Below, in pieces: positions 29,013 to 41,556 of a stretch of DNA of 64,000 nt (position 1 is the first letter of the stretch; the number at the start of each line of letters is the position of its first letter). The notes under the pieces are model-generated. The model was given only the letters and a program-made list of their open reading frames with translations, had not been told where the DNA came from and ran no database searches. The DNA comes from Paramecium tetraurelia. Taxonomy: Eukaryota. Position numbers and translations under genes: made by a program. The DNA is taken from positions 186,001-250,000 of the forward strand of contig CT868002.1 of NCBI GenBank assembly GCA_000165425.1. The letters run 5' to 3'.

Positions 29013-30044
29013 TCATAAATCTGTTAATCTTGATAGTTTCTAAACTCTATTGAGTAGGTAATCACCCTATTTAATTAAATTATTATAGAGTTAGTTTCTA
29101 TCATCAGCCCTAGATGATTCGATGATCCCAGCAACTTTATCAATTTTACAATTGATTCTTCTTGATGATATTAATTCGCTCAATTCTCTAATGAATAAAA
29201 TAATTTTATACCTATCAATAAATTATACACTGACTCCAAATGCTTTTGCCATATTATTCAATGTCACTGTTTTATAGCTTTCCAAAAATTAGGAGTAGAA
29301 TACTACTCTATATTCTCTAATTAAATATTTTCTATGGATACTCAAGTATTGATCCTGTGAAAGATTTTCATTGACAATTGCTAAAATATGAATGATATTC
29401 CATACCAAACTTCTAGAAGAGTGTCTTATAATCACATTGTAAAAATGATTCCAAGAAACTTTTCAGGACTTGATTCTCTCTTAAAACTCCCACAACTTCT
29501 GGGTTTTAATGTACCTTCTTCTTTAAAGATTATCTATCCAAACATATGATACTGGTTAGAACAGTGTAACTAACTATTTCATTGTAGGATATGATTTCAG
29601 ATGAATTGAATGTGGCAACAGAGTCTAAGAATAATTTGCATGCTTTTGTGATATCTCTGATCATCAAACAATAAATTCCTTCATAAACTTTGAGTCTATT
29701 CTTTCTTTCCCAATCACCTCCTTAATCCAATAATATTTATTATTAATTCAAATGATCCTTGAATTTTTCGAGGTTTCTTTATTTTAAATATATTTGTAAA
29801 ATTAAGAAATGGACATCCATTTTTTTTCCAATGCCAACAGATTTTGGCAATGTGTCAATATAAGTTTTGATTGCCTCAAATAATAATACAGATGTACATC
29901 TTCATATTTATTATATTTTTATTGCAATGAGGCTTTTTCAAGCATTGCATCTCTAACCTCAACATCTCCCAAATTCTCTTAAGAGTCTTTTATTTTATTT
30001 TCTGCTGCCTCTAACTATTCTTCGAAAGTTTTCTCCTACTCCAT
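29013..30044 (-). CDS. RPN7: 26S proteasome regulatory subunit RPN7/PSMD6
   Basis: ENLGDVEVRDAMLEKA, GGDWERKNRLKVYEG, FLESYKTVTL, CKIDKVAGIIE and GDYLLNRVQKLSR; three introns. Confidence 0.93.
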
Positions 30045-30127
30045 TTTAATTTTAAATTTAATTAATACTAATCTCAATATAAGTATTAATTACTTCAAGT
30101 CTTAATTCTTCCAAATGTATTATACGT

Positions 30128-30319
30128 ATGAATTATACTCAATTATTTGAGCCTTGGAAGTAATCCCAATCTGGTATTAATTCAAATAAGTATTTCAAAT
30201 TAGAAAATATGGGTTCAGGAAAATATCAAAATCTTTTAGTACTTGGGGATAAATATTTATATCAAAGCGAAATCTTTGGTATCATAAAAGAATGTAACTT
30301 ATTTTTAAATCACTTATGA
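30128..30319 (+). CDS. Possible small protein (63 aa or fewer)
   Basis: Open ciliate-code frame MNYTQLFEPWK...NHL* with higher GC than its flanks, divergent from RPN7; no homology recognised. Confidence 0.25.
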
Positions 30320-30446
30320 TAATTAATAAATATATTAAAAACAGAATTAGTGAAATGCACTTTATAATAATAAATTCATTTGTTGATACTTTTTTGACCT
30401 TATTTATATTCGATATCATAAGATTATATTAATATAAATACAATTA

Positions 30447-30838
30447 ATGAATAAAATAAATTTATAAAAGAAACAAAAATAAAAATAAAAGTTTATTCCT
30501 TTAGGATTTGTCATCAAATACGATCCTCCTGTTATTGGTATCAGCTAAATATAAATATTAAAGGATTATTATATAAGAGAAGCATACAGGAAAATAAAAA
30601 AAAAGTTTATAACATACATTTATAAAATTTAATAAGATTAGATGATGAGGTTGAGATAACTAAACAGTTATTTGAGGAACACCCTGAATTTTTGGATCCT
30701 GATATCATAGAGCCTGAATAAGTTTTAGGTTTAGTATAGAAGTTGATCGAATTTAGATAGATAATGGAGCAAGATGATGAAAATGAATATTTAGAAGAGG
30801 AGACTGATAGTCACATAATTGAGGAGATGTTTGATTGA
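30447..30838 (+). CDS. CEP19-like small protein (N-terminal domain only)
   Basis: FVIKYDPPVIGLLYK...KKKVYNIHLQNL...ITKQLFEEHPEFL...QVLGLVQKL resembles the CEP19 N-terminus (GIRFQPPAIILIY); intron at about 30538-30563. Confidence 0.6.
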
Positions 30839-30865
30839 TAATTTTTATCTTGATATATATTTTGA

Positions 30866-33011
30866 TCAATATTCAATTTTGATTTGCACTAAAACGTAGG
30901 AATTAGCTAAAGTTTTAAACTGAGAATTTAATAAAGGAATTATTCTATAGCCTGTCCTTAGGTTAAGTGGTGATAAACAATACTAGCCCAACAAGGAATC
31001 TCCCAATATGGAATAACTGTAGGCTTATACATAGATAACATCTTGTTAAGCATGTTTTAGTTGGATAACACATTAGTAATTAAAGATTGGATGATATCCG
31101 TTATCCTAAACAACTTCTGTTCTCCACTTATCCGATTTGTTGACGTCATCTTTATTTCCAGCAACTCTAATTTTAATGTATGGATCAACAATTTCTTCTT
31201 ATCTACGTTTCGCTTCCTCCCAAACCAGATTAGTTGCACTGATGATGCGAACATAAATGTTCATTCGTACATCTTGATTAGATTTCAAAACATAGGAACT
31301 GTTAAGGAACATTCCGTAATTCTACAACATAAATAAATCTTTGGTCTGAATATTCAAAGCAACCAACTGAGCTCCTGCAGTCCAAGATGGGAATGGATCA
31401 TAATTGCTTGAATCAAATCTCAATCCTAAAGGATAGACTCTGACAAAATAATTATCAACATATTCTTAGAATTTGCCATGACTCTTCTTTATTACATCCT
31501 ATATTTTATCTTCTGAAACACTAGATACAATCCAAACTAATTCTGGCTTTTTGTCTAATTTTAGTGATACTGCATATAATGAAGTAATTTCTAATAACTC
31601 TCTACATATTTTCTTGTGATGTTCATCAAGTGTTTGACTAAATTGTTTAACATTAGCTTAGATATCCTAATTATCATCGTCATCAAATGTAATCAACATA
31701 TCGTCATGTGATTGTGTATAGAATAATGTGGAAGATTGAGTCTGCAATTTCTCCTATAAAAATTGATCATCTCCCTTATATTTAACTAGAACTCTCCGTT
31801 ACAATTATTGTAATGTAGAAAACTTCTCTTATTTGAAATCTTTAACCACAAACAGCATTTCTCCAAGAATGCTTTATAAGAGATCTGCTATTCTCTTTTA
31901 TTATTTCAAACAACAATGCATTTCAAGTGATAAAATGGCAGGATTATTATCCTTATAGAAGGCAAAGTCCCTTACTGTAGAGATGACATCTTTGAATTTG
32001 ATGTCATTAACCAAGGTATGTCCATGAGTAACCTTGGGTTCTCCATCTTCACCATCCCAACAATCCAATTCAACACATTTAAATCCCATTTTGAAGGCAT
32101 CTTAATAAGCAAAACAGCTTGATTCGCCTGTCAATTAATTTGTTTCCAAATAAGTATTATGTGAGGAATTAATTAAGTATTTGGTGATTGGCTAAGATAG
32201 ATCTACAGCCGTCGGTTGAAATAGTGAGTTCTCCTCACTAAAGATGAGATTTTGGAAATCATAAAAGTTGTATTATTTTCTTTTGGGTTAATAATCATTT
32301 TAAGCTTGTTCGACTTTGAAAAACTGTTGTAAGTCTTTATCTGTCATTAACATGGCTTAGAGTGGATCTTCAAACATTCCTTCTTGTTTACTACTGTATT
32401 TTTGGTATAATTCTGTTAGTTCATGTCTGCGTGTTATGTCCATTAATAATTTATATAAGGTTGCTTCGTCTAATTGATTATTCTTTTGATTTTTCTCGAA
32501 GATCTAAATTAGTTTTCTTTCTGGAATTTCAATTTGCAATTCTCCTATTAGGAATTGAAATTCCTTGAAGTTGAGTTTGTTGTCCATGTCAATGTCTGCT
32601 TTGGTGATCAATTTGAGAGCACTGCTCCAGATTTGATTATAACTATCAAGTTGTTTTTAGATCCTGTTGCCTTCCTTAATCAAATAATCCAATCCCTCTT
32701 TGATTGTGATCAATTGGAAAGGATTTTCGAAATACAGTTTTATGTATTCTCCTTAAATGTTGATGATTTTTAGTTTGGATTATTCCTTTTATTAGATGTC
32801 TGAGATCTGAGTGAGATCGAAATAGGTACTAAAAGTGCCTTGGGGATCAAGCTAAGATACAGATATGATAGATGATTACCATTTAGATCATTCGAACCTC
32901 ATTTGGACTTAACAATAAAATAATTTAAGTACGTTTCATCTTGTGCAATTTTACGTTGAGTAGCACACCATAAACTAATGAATTAACACCTTAATGGTTG
33001 ATTTTATTCAT
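30866..33011 (-). CDS. PLC: Phosphoinositide-specific phospholipase C (PH-EF-X-Y-C2, delta-like)
   Basis: X box [11 protein letters not shown]...[22 protein letters not shown]...ILSLEMHC; Y box [16 protein letters not shown]...[13 protein letters not shown]-hand [14 protein letters not shown]. Confidence 0.95.
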
Positions 33012-33058
33012 AGAAGTGGATTGTAATTAAAATAATCAAAGATAATGATATTATTAAT

Positions 33059-35704
33059 TCATTTATTATCAGATAATAGTAATTGTTTGAGTAGAAAATC
33101 GGCTCCATTAATTGGTGGGTCAGCAGATTCAAATTTCTCAATAATTGGAACAATCGTCTACACTTCCCATTGCTCCCGAAAACTCTGACGTTTGTCAATC
33201 ATCAAACACATCAACTTGACAATGCTTTGTTGCAATTCATTCTCGATAGGCACTTATAATAATTGTATAATATAAGGCATCAACCCAGACTGCACTTTCT
33301 CCAAATATTTTTCATCCTCAACATTTAGATGACAAATCTTGAATATGGTATTGATGGCTTCGGCTTTCAAAAAGTCAACATCCTTTATTTCAACGAAATA
33401 CACATCACTGATAAGCACGACAACCTGGAAGAACAGATCCAGTTTATCTCTGAGATCCATATCTCTACTGATGCATTTAGTGTAGATCTTAAAACACATT
33501 GCCAGGACTTGAGCCGAGTATAGAGCAAATCCTTTATGCTTTTAGATGATTCCAATCAAAGTATTCATGATATCTAACTAGAGGAAGGCTTCAATGTTCT
33601 GAACGATAGTCATTAATGAAAATATCAATTTCAAAGTATACAATAAGACATTCTGATTATTGGTAATCAATTTACTGTTGATCAGAGCTATCCCATTTTC
33701 TTTCATGATCTAATACTTAAATTCCTTTGAATTCGCACACATATTATATAGAGCAACACAAGCATAAGTGCTTAACATAGGGTGATCAGATTAATATACA
33801 ATTAGCAATGGTGATATCAATCCTTTTTGAAGATTTATGATTTGCTCTGTAATTTGCTCCTTATCTTTTGAATGATAAGTGATAATGTGCTTGCAAGTAG
33901 CTAATTTAGTAGTTTTCCCATGGATCAACAAATGCATTAGCAAATCAATATATAATTATTGTTAATCCTTCTTCAAAAGTTCCTCCTTAAATAAATCTGT
34001 ATCTAAAAAGGAAATCATAACTCTTTCATTAAAGATGTATTTTTGATATGCTATTTTTGGGAACTTCTTAGACACTTCCTCAATAATGAAATCATTACTA
34101 ACACCAGACTATTCTGACACAGAATATAAACAGAAATCAAACACCTTAAGAACATCATCCTTATAATAATTATGTGCCTTCATTATTGTCTTAAATCTGA
34201 AACTGGAATCATAGCCTCCATCCAATTAAGAGGCTAAGTATCTTGACACCTTGTAGATATATATCCTTGTTTTTTCCTATTTTTATTTGTCACTAAGTTT
34301 AAGTTCTGAGAATTGAGTTGCTGAAATCTTTTTGAATCCATCCAATATGACAGCAGGTCTCTTGTTCTAATCTAATTCTTTTTCATTGTCAGATTTATTA
34401 AATAAAATTTTGAATCCCTGAATAATAGGAATAACCAAGGTTTCCCTGATTTTAGGAGTGATCAAATGTTTCTATTGGACATAGAACATCCAATCCTCAT
34501 CAAAAACGAGACTGTCAGCCATCAATTGCAAGAATCCTTTGTATATAGGATCCATGGGTTTCAAATCTGAGGCATAAATAGAATCGGCAGCATCTCTCAT
34601 AATATTCAACCAATAGAAATCTGAATACAATTGTTTATATGCAGCAATATAAGCTTCTCCTGCATTCTTTTTTTCCTCTTCTCCATCTTCCTCATTTTCA
34701 GATTCTTATAATTACTCTTCTAATTCTTATTAATCTTGGTCTGCCTCAGGGTTGTTATCTTCAACTTTGCATTTTGGATCATAAAGAAAGGTAAGCACAA
34801 TGTCAACGAAATTCTCTAAATATGGTGGATGGTATTTCCTTCTCATCATAATCACAGCATATTCCATTTCAATAGCCTACTTAGTAGTTCGTTTCTTCTT
34901 AGTGCCTTGTTGAGGTTCATCTTGATGTTTCATGACAACCTTGGCTCTTGTTTGCCAACACTTCCATTCTGCTAAATCATTGTACAGATTCTTTCTTTTA
35001 AAATACGGGGCTGAATGAGTTATCCAATACTTTTCTTCTTCTGACAGAGCATTATGCACATAATATTCAGCATAATACTGTATATCTTGATGATTGTGCA
35101 TGTGTTCCAAAACTTCGAGCTCATTTGTTTCTGAAACTTGCAAAGTGAATTGAGATTTGTTTTATCCATTTCGATATAACCCTTTCTTTGTATTCTAATA
35201 GGAATTCAGGAAAAAGATGTTGTATCCATTGAGCACATGCATATTAAACTTATACATTTCTTGATTCTCCATCAATTCTACTTATGGCTTCTTCAACATT
35301 GTTACTTGATAGTTGTAATCCCTAAACTTACCCTTATAAGTTGGCAATTCACGCACTTCCAGAAACTTATACATGTAATCTGTCTTCCAACCCTACTGAA
35401 TAAACTTGATCAAATCTCTTCGTTCTAAAGTGTGAATGTTCATTTTGAGTGGCACATTCTTGGGTCTCTTCCCATTGAAATGAATCTAAAACAAATATAT
35501 ATCCTGAGATGACACAATCAAACGATCAATGCATTAAAAACTCACTTTAGCTTCCAATATGTCAAATCCTTCTTTCAAAAAGAATATTGAAGTGTTTCCC
35601 AATACTATAAAATACCGATTATCGTTATGTTGAACCAGAGTCATGTATTCTACACCCATTTCAAATAGAGATGACAAGGCAGTCTTAGTTGTCACACTAA
35701 TCAT
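33059..35704 (-). CDS. Large hypothetical protein with a probable armadillo-like helical C-terminal half
   Basis: Long ciliate-code ORF of about 880 codons; helical repeats such as LSTYACVALYNMC and AEAINTIFKIC. Confidence 0.6.
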
Positions 35705-35760
35705 TAGATTTATTTAATTTATATCATCCTTACAACATGTGACATAAATATATTTATATA

Positions 35761-36784
35761 ATGGATAGTCCAGTCACAATATTTTCATTTGTTGGAAGTA
35801 GTGCCACTGGTTTCGCCCTTTACCAACTCGTACCCTTGCTTTCGCAGTTGAAGAAGAAATACATCCAATACCAGCAAATCAATGAATTTACGCCCACCTC
35901 TCTGCTGAATTACTTCAATCAAACTCAGCAAACCACAGTTGAAGCCTTCATTGCAGGAGAATTGATATCTGATAGTCCAATCATCTCAAAGGTCCCTCTC
36001 ATTATAAGTGAAAAGAAAATCTATTACGTTTATGAAAATGGCATGTATATTCTTAACATTATTTCATAGAAAAAAGCTAATCAAAATCATCCAACATGGT
36101 GCATCTTAATTAAGTGTTGCTGACTATTACAATAGAATTGAAATATGGAAAAACTCAACTCTTAATTACCAATTTTCCATGAGTCATATCTGGGATCGCT
36201 TTCTACCAAAACAACTAAGTTTCTTTTAAAGATTTGCAAATTTCATCCTCAAAACATTGAATTAAATCAAAACAAGAAGACTATTTCTCAAAGGCTTTTA
36301 TACTGGATAACTGGAAAGGGAATACGGTATCATAGCAAGGGAATTCTATGTATTATATGGTGAAGTTATACTAGATAAAAAGCTAAATAAGATGTTCCTC
36401 TAAAATCCAAAATTCATTCTCAAAAGCAAGAAACAATTGTTATAGATAATATAATAATAGATTAAATATAAGAGATTAACAATAGCAATTCTAGTTGTTA
36501 TATTTACTATTTGGACATATATTTTTGGTTGTAATGTTAAAAATTTGATTTTTAAAATTCTTAAAGAGAGAGAGAAAGCAAGATTAGATAAGTTAAGAGG
36601 CTAAAAATACTTAGAAATTGATAATTATGAGTGCCAGATTTGTTATGAAAGACCACGAAACATCATTATTAAACCTTGCAAACATCTGACCTTGTGTCAT
36701 GAATGTATATAAAGACTTAAGTAATAAAAATGTCCCATTTGTAAATAATAGATTGAGGATTAAATTGAAATCTTTTTTACTTGA
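35761..36784 (+). CDS. MUL1/GIDE-type membrane RING E3 ubiquitin ligase
   Basis: N-terminal TM, GIDE-like middle region, second TM and a C-terminal RING CQICYERPRNIIIKPCKHLTLCHEC...CPIC; intron at about 36046-36069. Confidence 0.8.
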
Positions 36785-36813
36785 AAATTATATAAATGTA
36801 ATTGATTATTATA

Positions 36814-37811
36814 TCAACATTCATCAATATCAGAATATACAGATTCGTCAACTTCAGCCAAATTATCTAGAATTTCTATTATTCTCGCTTGCTTTAATTT
36901 TTCGCATTCCTACTCATTCTTAGCCAACAAAGACCCTGTAAAACATACTGCATTAAATGATACTCCATTATAAGTTGCTTTCTTTCGAACTACTATCATC
37001 ATAAACTCCTAAGTCATTATTAAGTTGTGTTTGAAATCCTTAATATCCTCTACTTTACACTTATTTAATAGCTTTTCATAAGTTTCGTAAATTAAATTCT
37101 ATTACTATAACTCATCACAATTCTTGCTTTATAATAAATCCTGATTAAAAAATAATATAAAATGCTTGATCTTTTTTAAGTACCTCAACCTTGTAAATTT
37201 GTTTGGCTATTTCACACTCCTCTCAAACCACCATTCTCTTACGTGATTTAATATATTTGCGCTTTGAAATGCTAATTTAGACACAATTTAAACATGTTTG
37301 TGATCTAAAGAAGCCCCCGCCTCACTATGAGAATTAAAAAATGCAAATCCCTCTACTGCGCATAACACATCATAGGCTAAACTTAAGTAATCTTTGCTGA
37401 ACTTCTCACTTTAATGAATAAATTATTTTGGCACCAACAATGTATGGTATGGATTTACAGGATATTTATTCAATAGCAGATTATAATTCTCAAGCTTCAT
37501 AACTAACTGTCCAGGTTGGAAAGGTTCAATTAAAGGATCAATCTATATGTATATTTATACTCCTGCTTACATTTTCTTAATGACACACTGGTTTCTTGGC
37601 TAGAGATTTCACTAATTTTATGTGAAATTCTATTCCTTGTTCGTTTTTAGAAAAAGTTTGTAATACATCAAATGGTTCTACAAACCCCCCATCAGCATTC
37701 GCATTATAACATTGCATTATTTGCTTTTTTATATTCTCACGAAACTCTGCTTTCGTAAACTAAATATACCAAATACTCACTCTACCCCTCTAAATATTCG
37801 ATAAATTCCAT
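36814..37811 (-). CDS. ATP adenylyltransferase / Ap4A phosphorylase (Apa1/Apa2 family)
   Basis: NLLLNKYPVNPYHTLLV, FAFFNSHSEAGASLDHKHVQ (HxHxQ motif), MMIVVRK...FNAVCFTGSLL. Confidence 0.85.
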
Positions 37812-37998
37812 AACTAAACCCTATAGCAACAACCCCAAATAACCCTTTTGAGAATATTTATGATTTCATAAGTAAATTATTTTAATAAACTATATAATAC
37901 TGTGTAACAATGATATCTAAATTTAGACAAAACAATTATTTTAAGGATTGTCATTAGAATAAAATGTTGCATTGATTTAGAAATATAGATTATTATTA

Positions 37999-38337
37999 AT
38001 GTTTCATTTATGTAATGTATAATTATTGGTTAGATTTAGATTATCATTTTCTTTTTTTTTTGATTCTAATCTTCTTTGTGTACTTTTTCTAACAATATTT
38101 TCATCTTTATATATATAAATAAATGGAATTTACAAATTCTTGATTTGATTATCATAAATTCAATGCAAAATCCAAAAATGAATGCATTTCTAAAATGTTT
38201 AAAATACATTGATCTTGCTTTTTATTATACTGTTTATAATTTCTCTGCTGTCACCTCAAATGTATAAAACTTTCCTAATTTCTACTAATCTTTTGATTAT
38301 TTAGACATTTTATTATTTCTATATTATTTATATATAT
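37999..38337. repeat. Left arm of a 339-bp perfect inverted repeat (partner 41557-41895)
   Basis: Reverse complement matches by eye (position pairs sum to 79894), including the T10/A10 run. The ORF track gives an identical 63-aa ORF at 38076-38267(+) and 41627-41818(-). Confidence 0.95.
38004..38308 (-). CDS. 91-aa single-pass membrane microprotein, SMIM4/UQCC5 (UPF0640)-like, copy 1
   Basis: ATG at 38308, 29-nt GT..AG intron at 38133-38105, TGA at 38006-38004. Protein MSKQSKDQQKLGKFYTFEV...AFIFGFCIEFMIIKSRIYENIVRKSTQRRLESKKK...HK*. Confidence 0.7.
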
Positions 38338-38643
38338 ATATTTAATATATTCTTAATTGTGTTGATTATTAATTTCAAGTTAAATCCTATCTTTTATATT
38401 AGAAAGTTTTCCCAAATTTAATTATTTAATTTCAGATATAATATACGCTCTTGTGTCTTGATTAGTAAAATATTTTAGTTGCAGAACTAGATTAATTAGT
38501 TTAAACGAATATTTAATCAATCTTTAACATTTACCTTATCTTAATGTGAGAGTAAGAAATTCAATCTTATTTGAAGGGTTATTATAATAAATTAAATATT
38601 CTATAAATCAATAAATAACTATATTATAATTAAATCATTTGTC

Positions 38644-39484
38644 ATGTTCGACTAAGCATAGTTAACAGAATTGTCAAAGAGAGATAAAGTATTAGTCTCT
38701 TCTAGTTTTAGGATAAAAAGTTGAACTCCTAATTACCTCTCTATATTGGGAATTCTCAGGGTGTTTGTAGAAGAGATATCCTCGTTTAGTGGGTTATTTA
38801 GGTAATTACAAAATATTATTTCAGTAATCTTAAAAATTTGAGCACAGCCTCAAAACCTTGGAATTAGCAGTGATATACATAGATACTTATCTGAATATTT
38901 TTAATATTGAACCTGAATTTTTAGAGCTCTTGGGCATTTCAGCATATTCAATGGCTTCTAAAGTAATTTATTTTTGTAGATTGAAAGTTTAATGAAACAG
39001 AAGCAATAGGCCAAATTAAGTTAAAGGATGATTTTGGCAAAGTGTTATACGAAGATCAAGTATACAACGAAATGGAAGTTCAATTGTTGTAATCCTTAGA
39101 TTTCCAATTAAATCACGTAACTCCATCCGATTATCTGATTGAAATGGGTATTTCAATAAACGAAAGCATTTCCAGTCTCATTATGTTTGTTTTAATGGGT
39201 AAATTATTTGTTATATCATTTAATTAGATTTCGAAATTTATAAACATTCTTAGATTGTTCTAGCATTTGCTATTTTCAACTTTTAATAAGAACAGTCTCA
39301 CATGTTTACAGATAGAGTTAAATCAGTGACTAAATTGATAAACAATAAGTTAAATAAAGCAAAAGAGCAATTTAATTTGGATAAAACTGAAAATGATGAA
39401 ACAAGAGGGCTTGAATCAAATTTAGGCACTTAAAAAAAAATATACAAAAAAAGATAGTCAAAAAAGTTAAAACAATTAGCATGA
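38644..39484 (+). CDS. Cyclin (N-terminal cyclin box)
   Basis: RRDILVQWVIQ...SLKTLELAVIYIDTYL...LELLGISAYSMASKFNE...MEVQLLQSLDFQLNHVTP; four tiny introns. Confidence 0.88.
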
Positions 39485-40143
39485 ATGACTTATCTTGATT
39501 GGTTTCAATGAATTTGATCTAAGGGGAGATCATATAAAATAATAATATATCATTTCATTTCATTTTCTATTTTCCATTCAAAGGATTAAAAAATGTAAAT
39601 CAGAATCCAAATTAACATTCATAAATTTTACTTAATATGCAAATGCTCCTTTTAAAACTACGATACTGCTTTAAATTTATTAAACCATTTAATTCAAGCA
39701 AAGAACAGTCCTGATCCAAAATATAATAGAAAATTTTTCAAATAATGTATTACTTAGTTTAATTTACCTTTTTTCTTTGAAACACAATATAAATTTATAT
39801 AAATTCATATTTCCTCATTTAGATTTAAATTGTAAAAATTATCGTGAATTAATTAAGGTTCTCTCTAATGTTCACAATTATGATGCGATACGAAATAATA
39901 CAATTGATTTTTATATCGTTATCTATTTTTGGACATTAGTTGACCAACAATTTATTATTAATTAATTTTTTATTGAAATTTTAATATCATTCTAAATAAG
40001 TGAAACATAAAGTAAAAGCTATATTCGAAATGACTGAGCAATTTTATTAAAATAAAAATATTATGTAATGTTTATTTAAAAAAGAATAGAGAACAATAAA
40101 AATAAGAATCATACAATAAATGGAACTAATGGACTTTATGTTT

Positions 40144-40952
40144 TCATAATTATTTATTACATCTAAATATATTATTTTTATACCATATTCTACAATTACG
40201 AATACTATGAACATAGAGTCTAATACTTTGAGGATAAAACAACATTCTCTTGATATAAATTTGACACTTAAACTTAATATAACAAATTCTAAAATAACTC
40301 TTTAAATTTACCTGATTTGTCAGTTATTGGATGAGCATAAGTTATTATTTGTTTTAGTCTTCCATGACTTAGATAGGTTGCTGCGTTATTTCCTTTGCAA
40401 TTTCATCTGTCTATTTCTTTAATTCATTTTCCTCTCCAATACCTAGAATAGGATAAATCTATTATTTTACTTTAGTCTTTTGTTACTACATTGAGTCTTT
40501 TGTACATTTAACTTTGTCTTTTTTTGTTCTTACGAATGACTTTTTTACAAGATCTTCCTTCCTTCTTGAAAATCTACATGATCGCCTTTGCTGTTGAGAA
40601 GTTGATACCAAGTTATTATGCTGCACTCTTTATTGTACATCCAGTTTATGTGACTTATTTGATCAAACCCTCTCTCTAATCGTTGGTTATTTTTGCATAC
40701 TTGAGGCCGTGCTTACCTGATTTAAAACTTAAATAATATTGTACCTCTTCTTCTTTTTGTCATCTCTTGTTCATTTGATGATTAAATCAATAATTTCTTA
40801 CATTCCTGCTCCTGCTCTGCTAAACTGAAAGACGAGTCAGAGTCATTATTACTGTGGGAGCCTTGTACAGAGCAAATTTCTTAATCATCCATGTTAGAGG
40901 AATTGACTGGATTAAGTATTTGGCACTGCTAGATTTATTCTTTTGGATCCAT
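40144..40952 (-). CDS. Helix-turn-helix (homeodomain-like / Tc1-IS630 N-terminal-like) DNA-binding protein
   Basis: YAKITNDQREGLIKQVTQTGCTIKSAAQQLGINFSTAKAIMQIFKKEGR followed by a basic tail; intron at about 40717-40744; no DDE domain seen. Confidence 0.75.
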
Positions 40953-41556
40953 ATTTTACATACAAATCAATTTTAAATTAAATCAAACTAAATTATGAGA
41001 TATATTAAGTGATGAATTAAATTGAGAAGACGTCATTGTAATAATTATGTCTCTATTAAGAATATATTAATTTTTATTACACAAACAACTGTTTTTTATT
41101 ACATTAACATCATTTCTATGAATATTTTCTGTAATTATATTAACAAACTTATGTATTTTCAAATTAGTGATAGCCATTTTTATAAAATTCAATTTGTCAA
41201 TATTTTTATAATAATTAATTGAGATTAACAAACACTCTTTGGAACCTTAAAAACAACATAAAGGATGAAATATGGCATTCTGCTTTTTTGAACAGATGCA
41301 AATATTAATTATTCATAATAAATTACATTTTTAAGTCTAATTTCCTATTAAATATAATTTGGTGCTCTACTCATTTTTAAATTTATGATAATTCTAACCT
41401 AAATGAATAAAGTACTATCAAAGTCTTAAACAAATTGAAGTTATGAAAATTAACAAATAATAAAATTGAAATCACTCATTATTAATTATTTAATGTATGA
41501 TTATTAATAATTAAATAACAAAAAATTGTTAAGAATATTAATAGATATTTATATTA

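Noticed and set aside
30060..30290. Frameshifted N-terminal exon of RPN7 (FPEPIFSNLKYLFEL)
   Set aside because: It needs several frame changes and the similarity is weak; the + strand has a cleaner open frame.
38076..38267. Duplicated 63-aa standard-code ORF (MCTFSNN...), also at 41627-41818
   Set aside because: It is the antisense shadow of the real intron-containing gene on the opposite strand.
39485..40143. Retained IES or ncRNA in the long convergent spacer inside the cassette
   Set aside because: TA dinucleotides are everywhere and no convincing IES end consensus or RNA motif was found; a MIC/MAC comparison would be needed.
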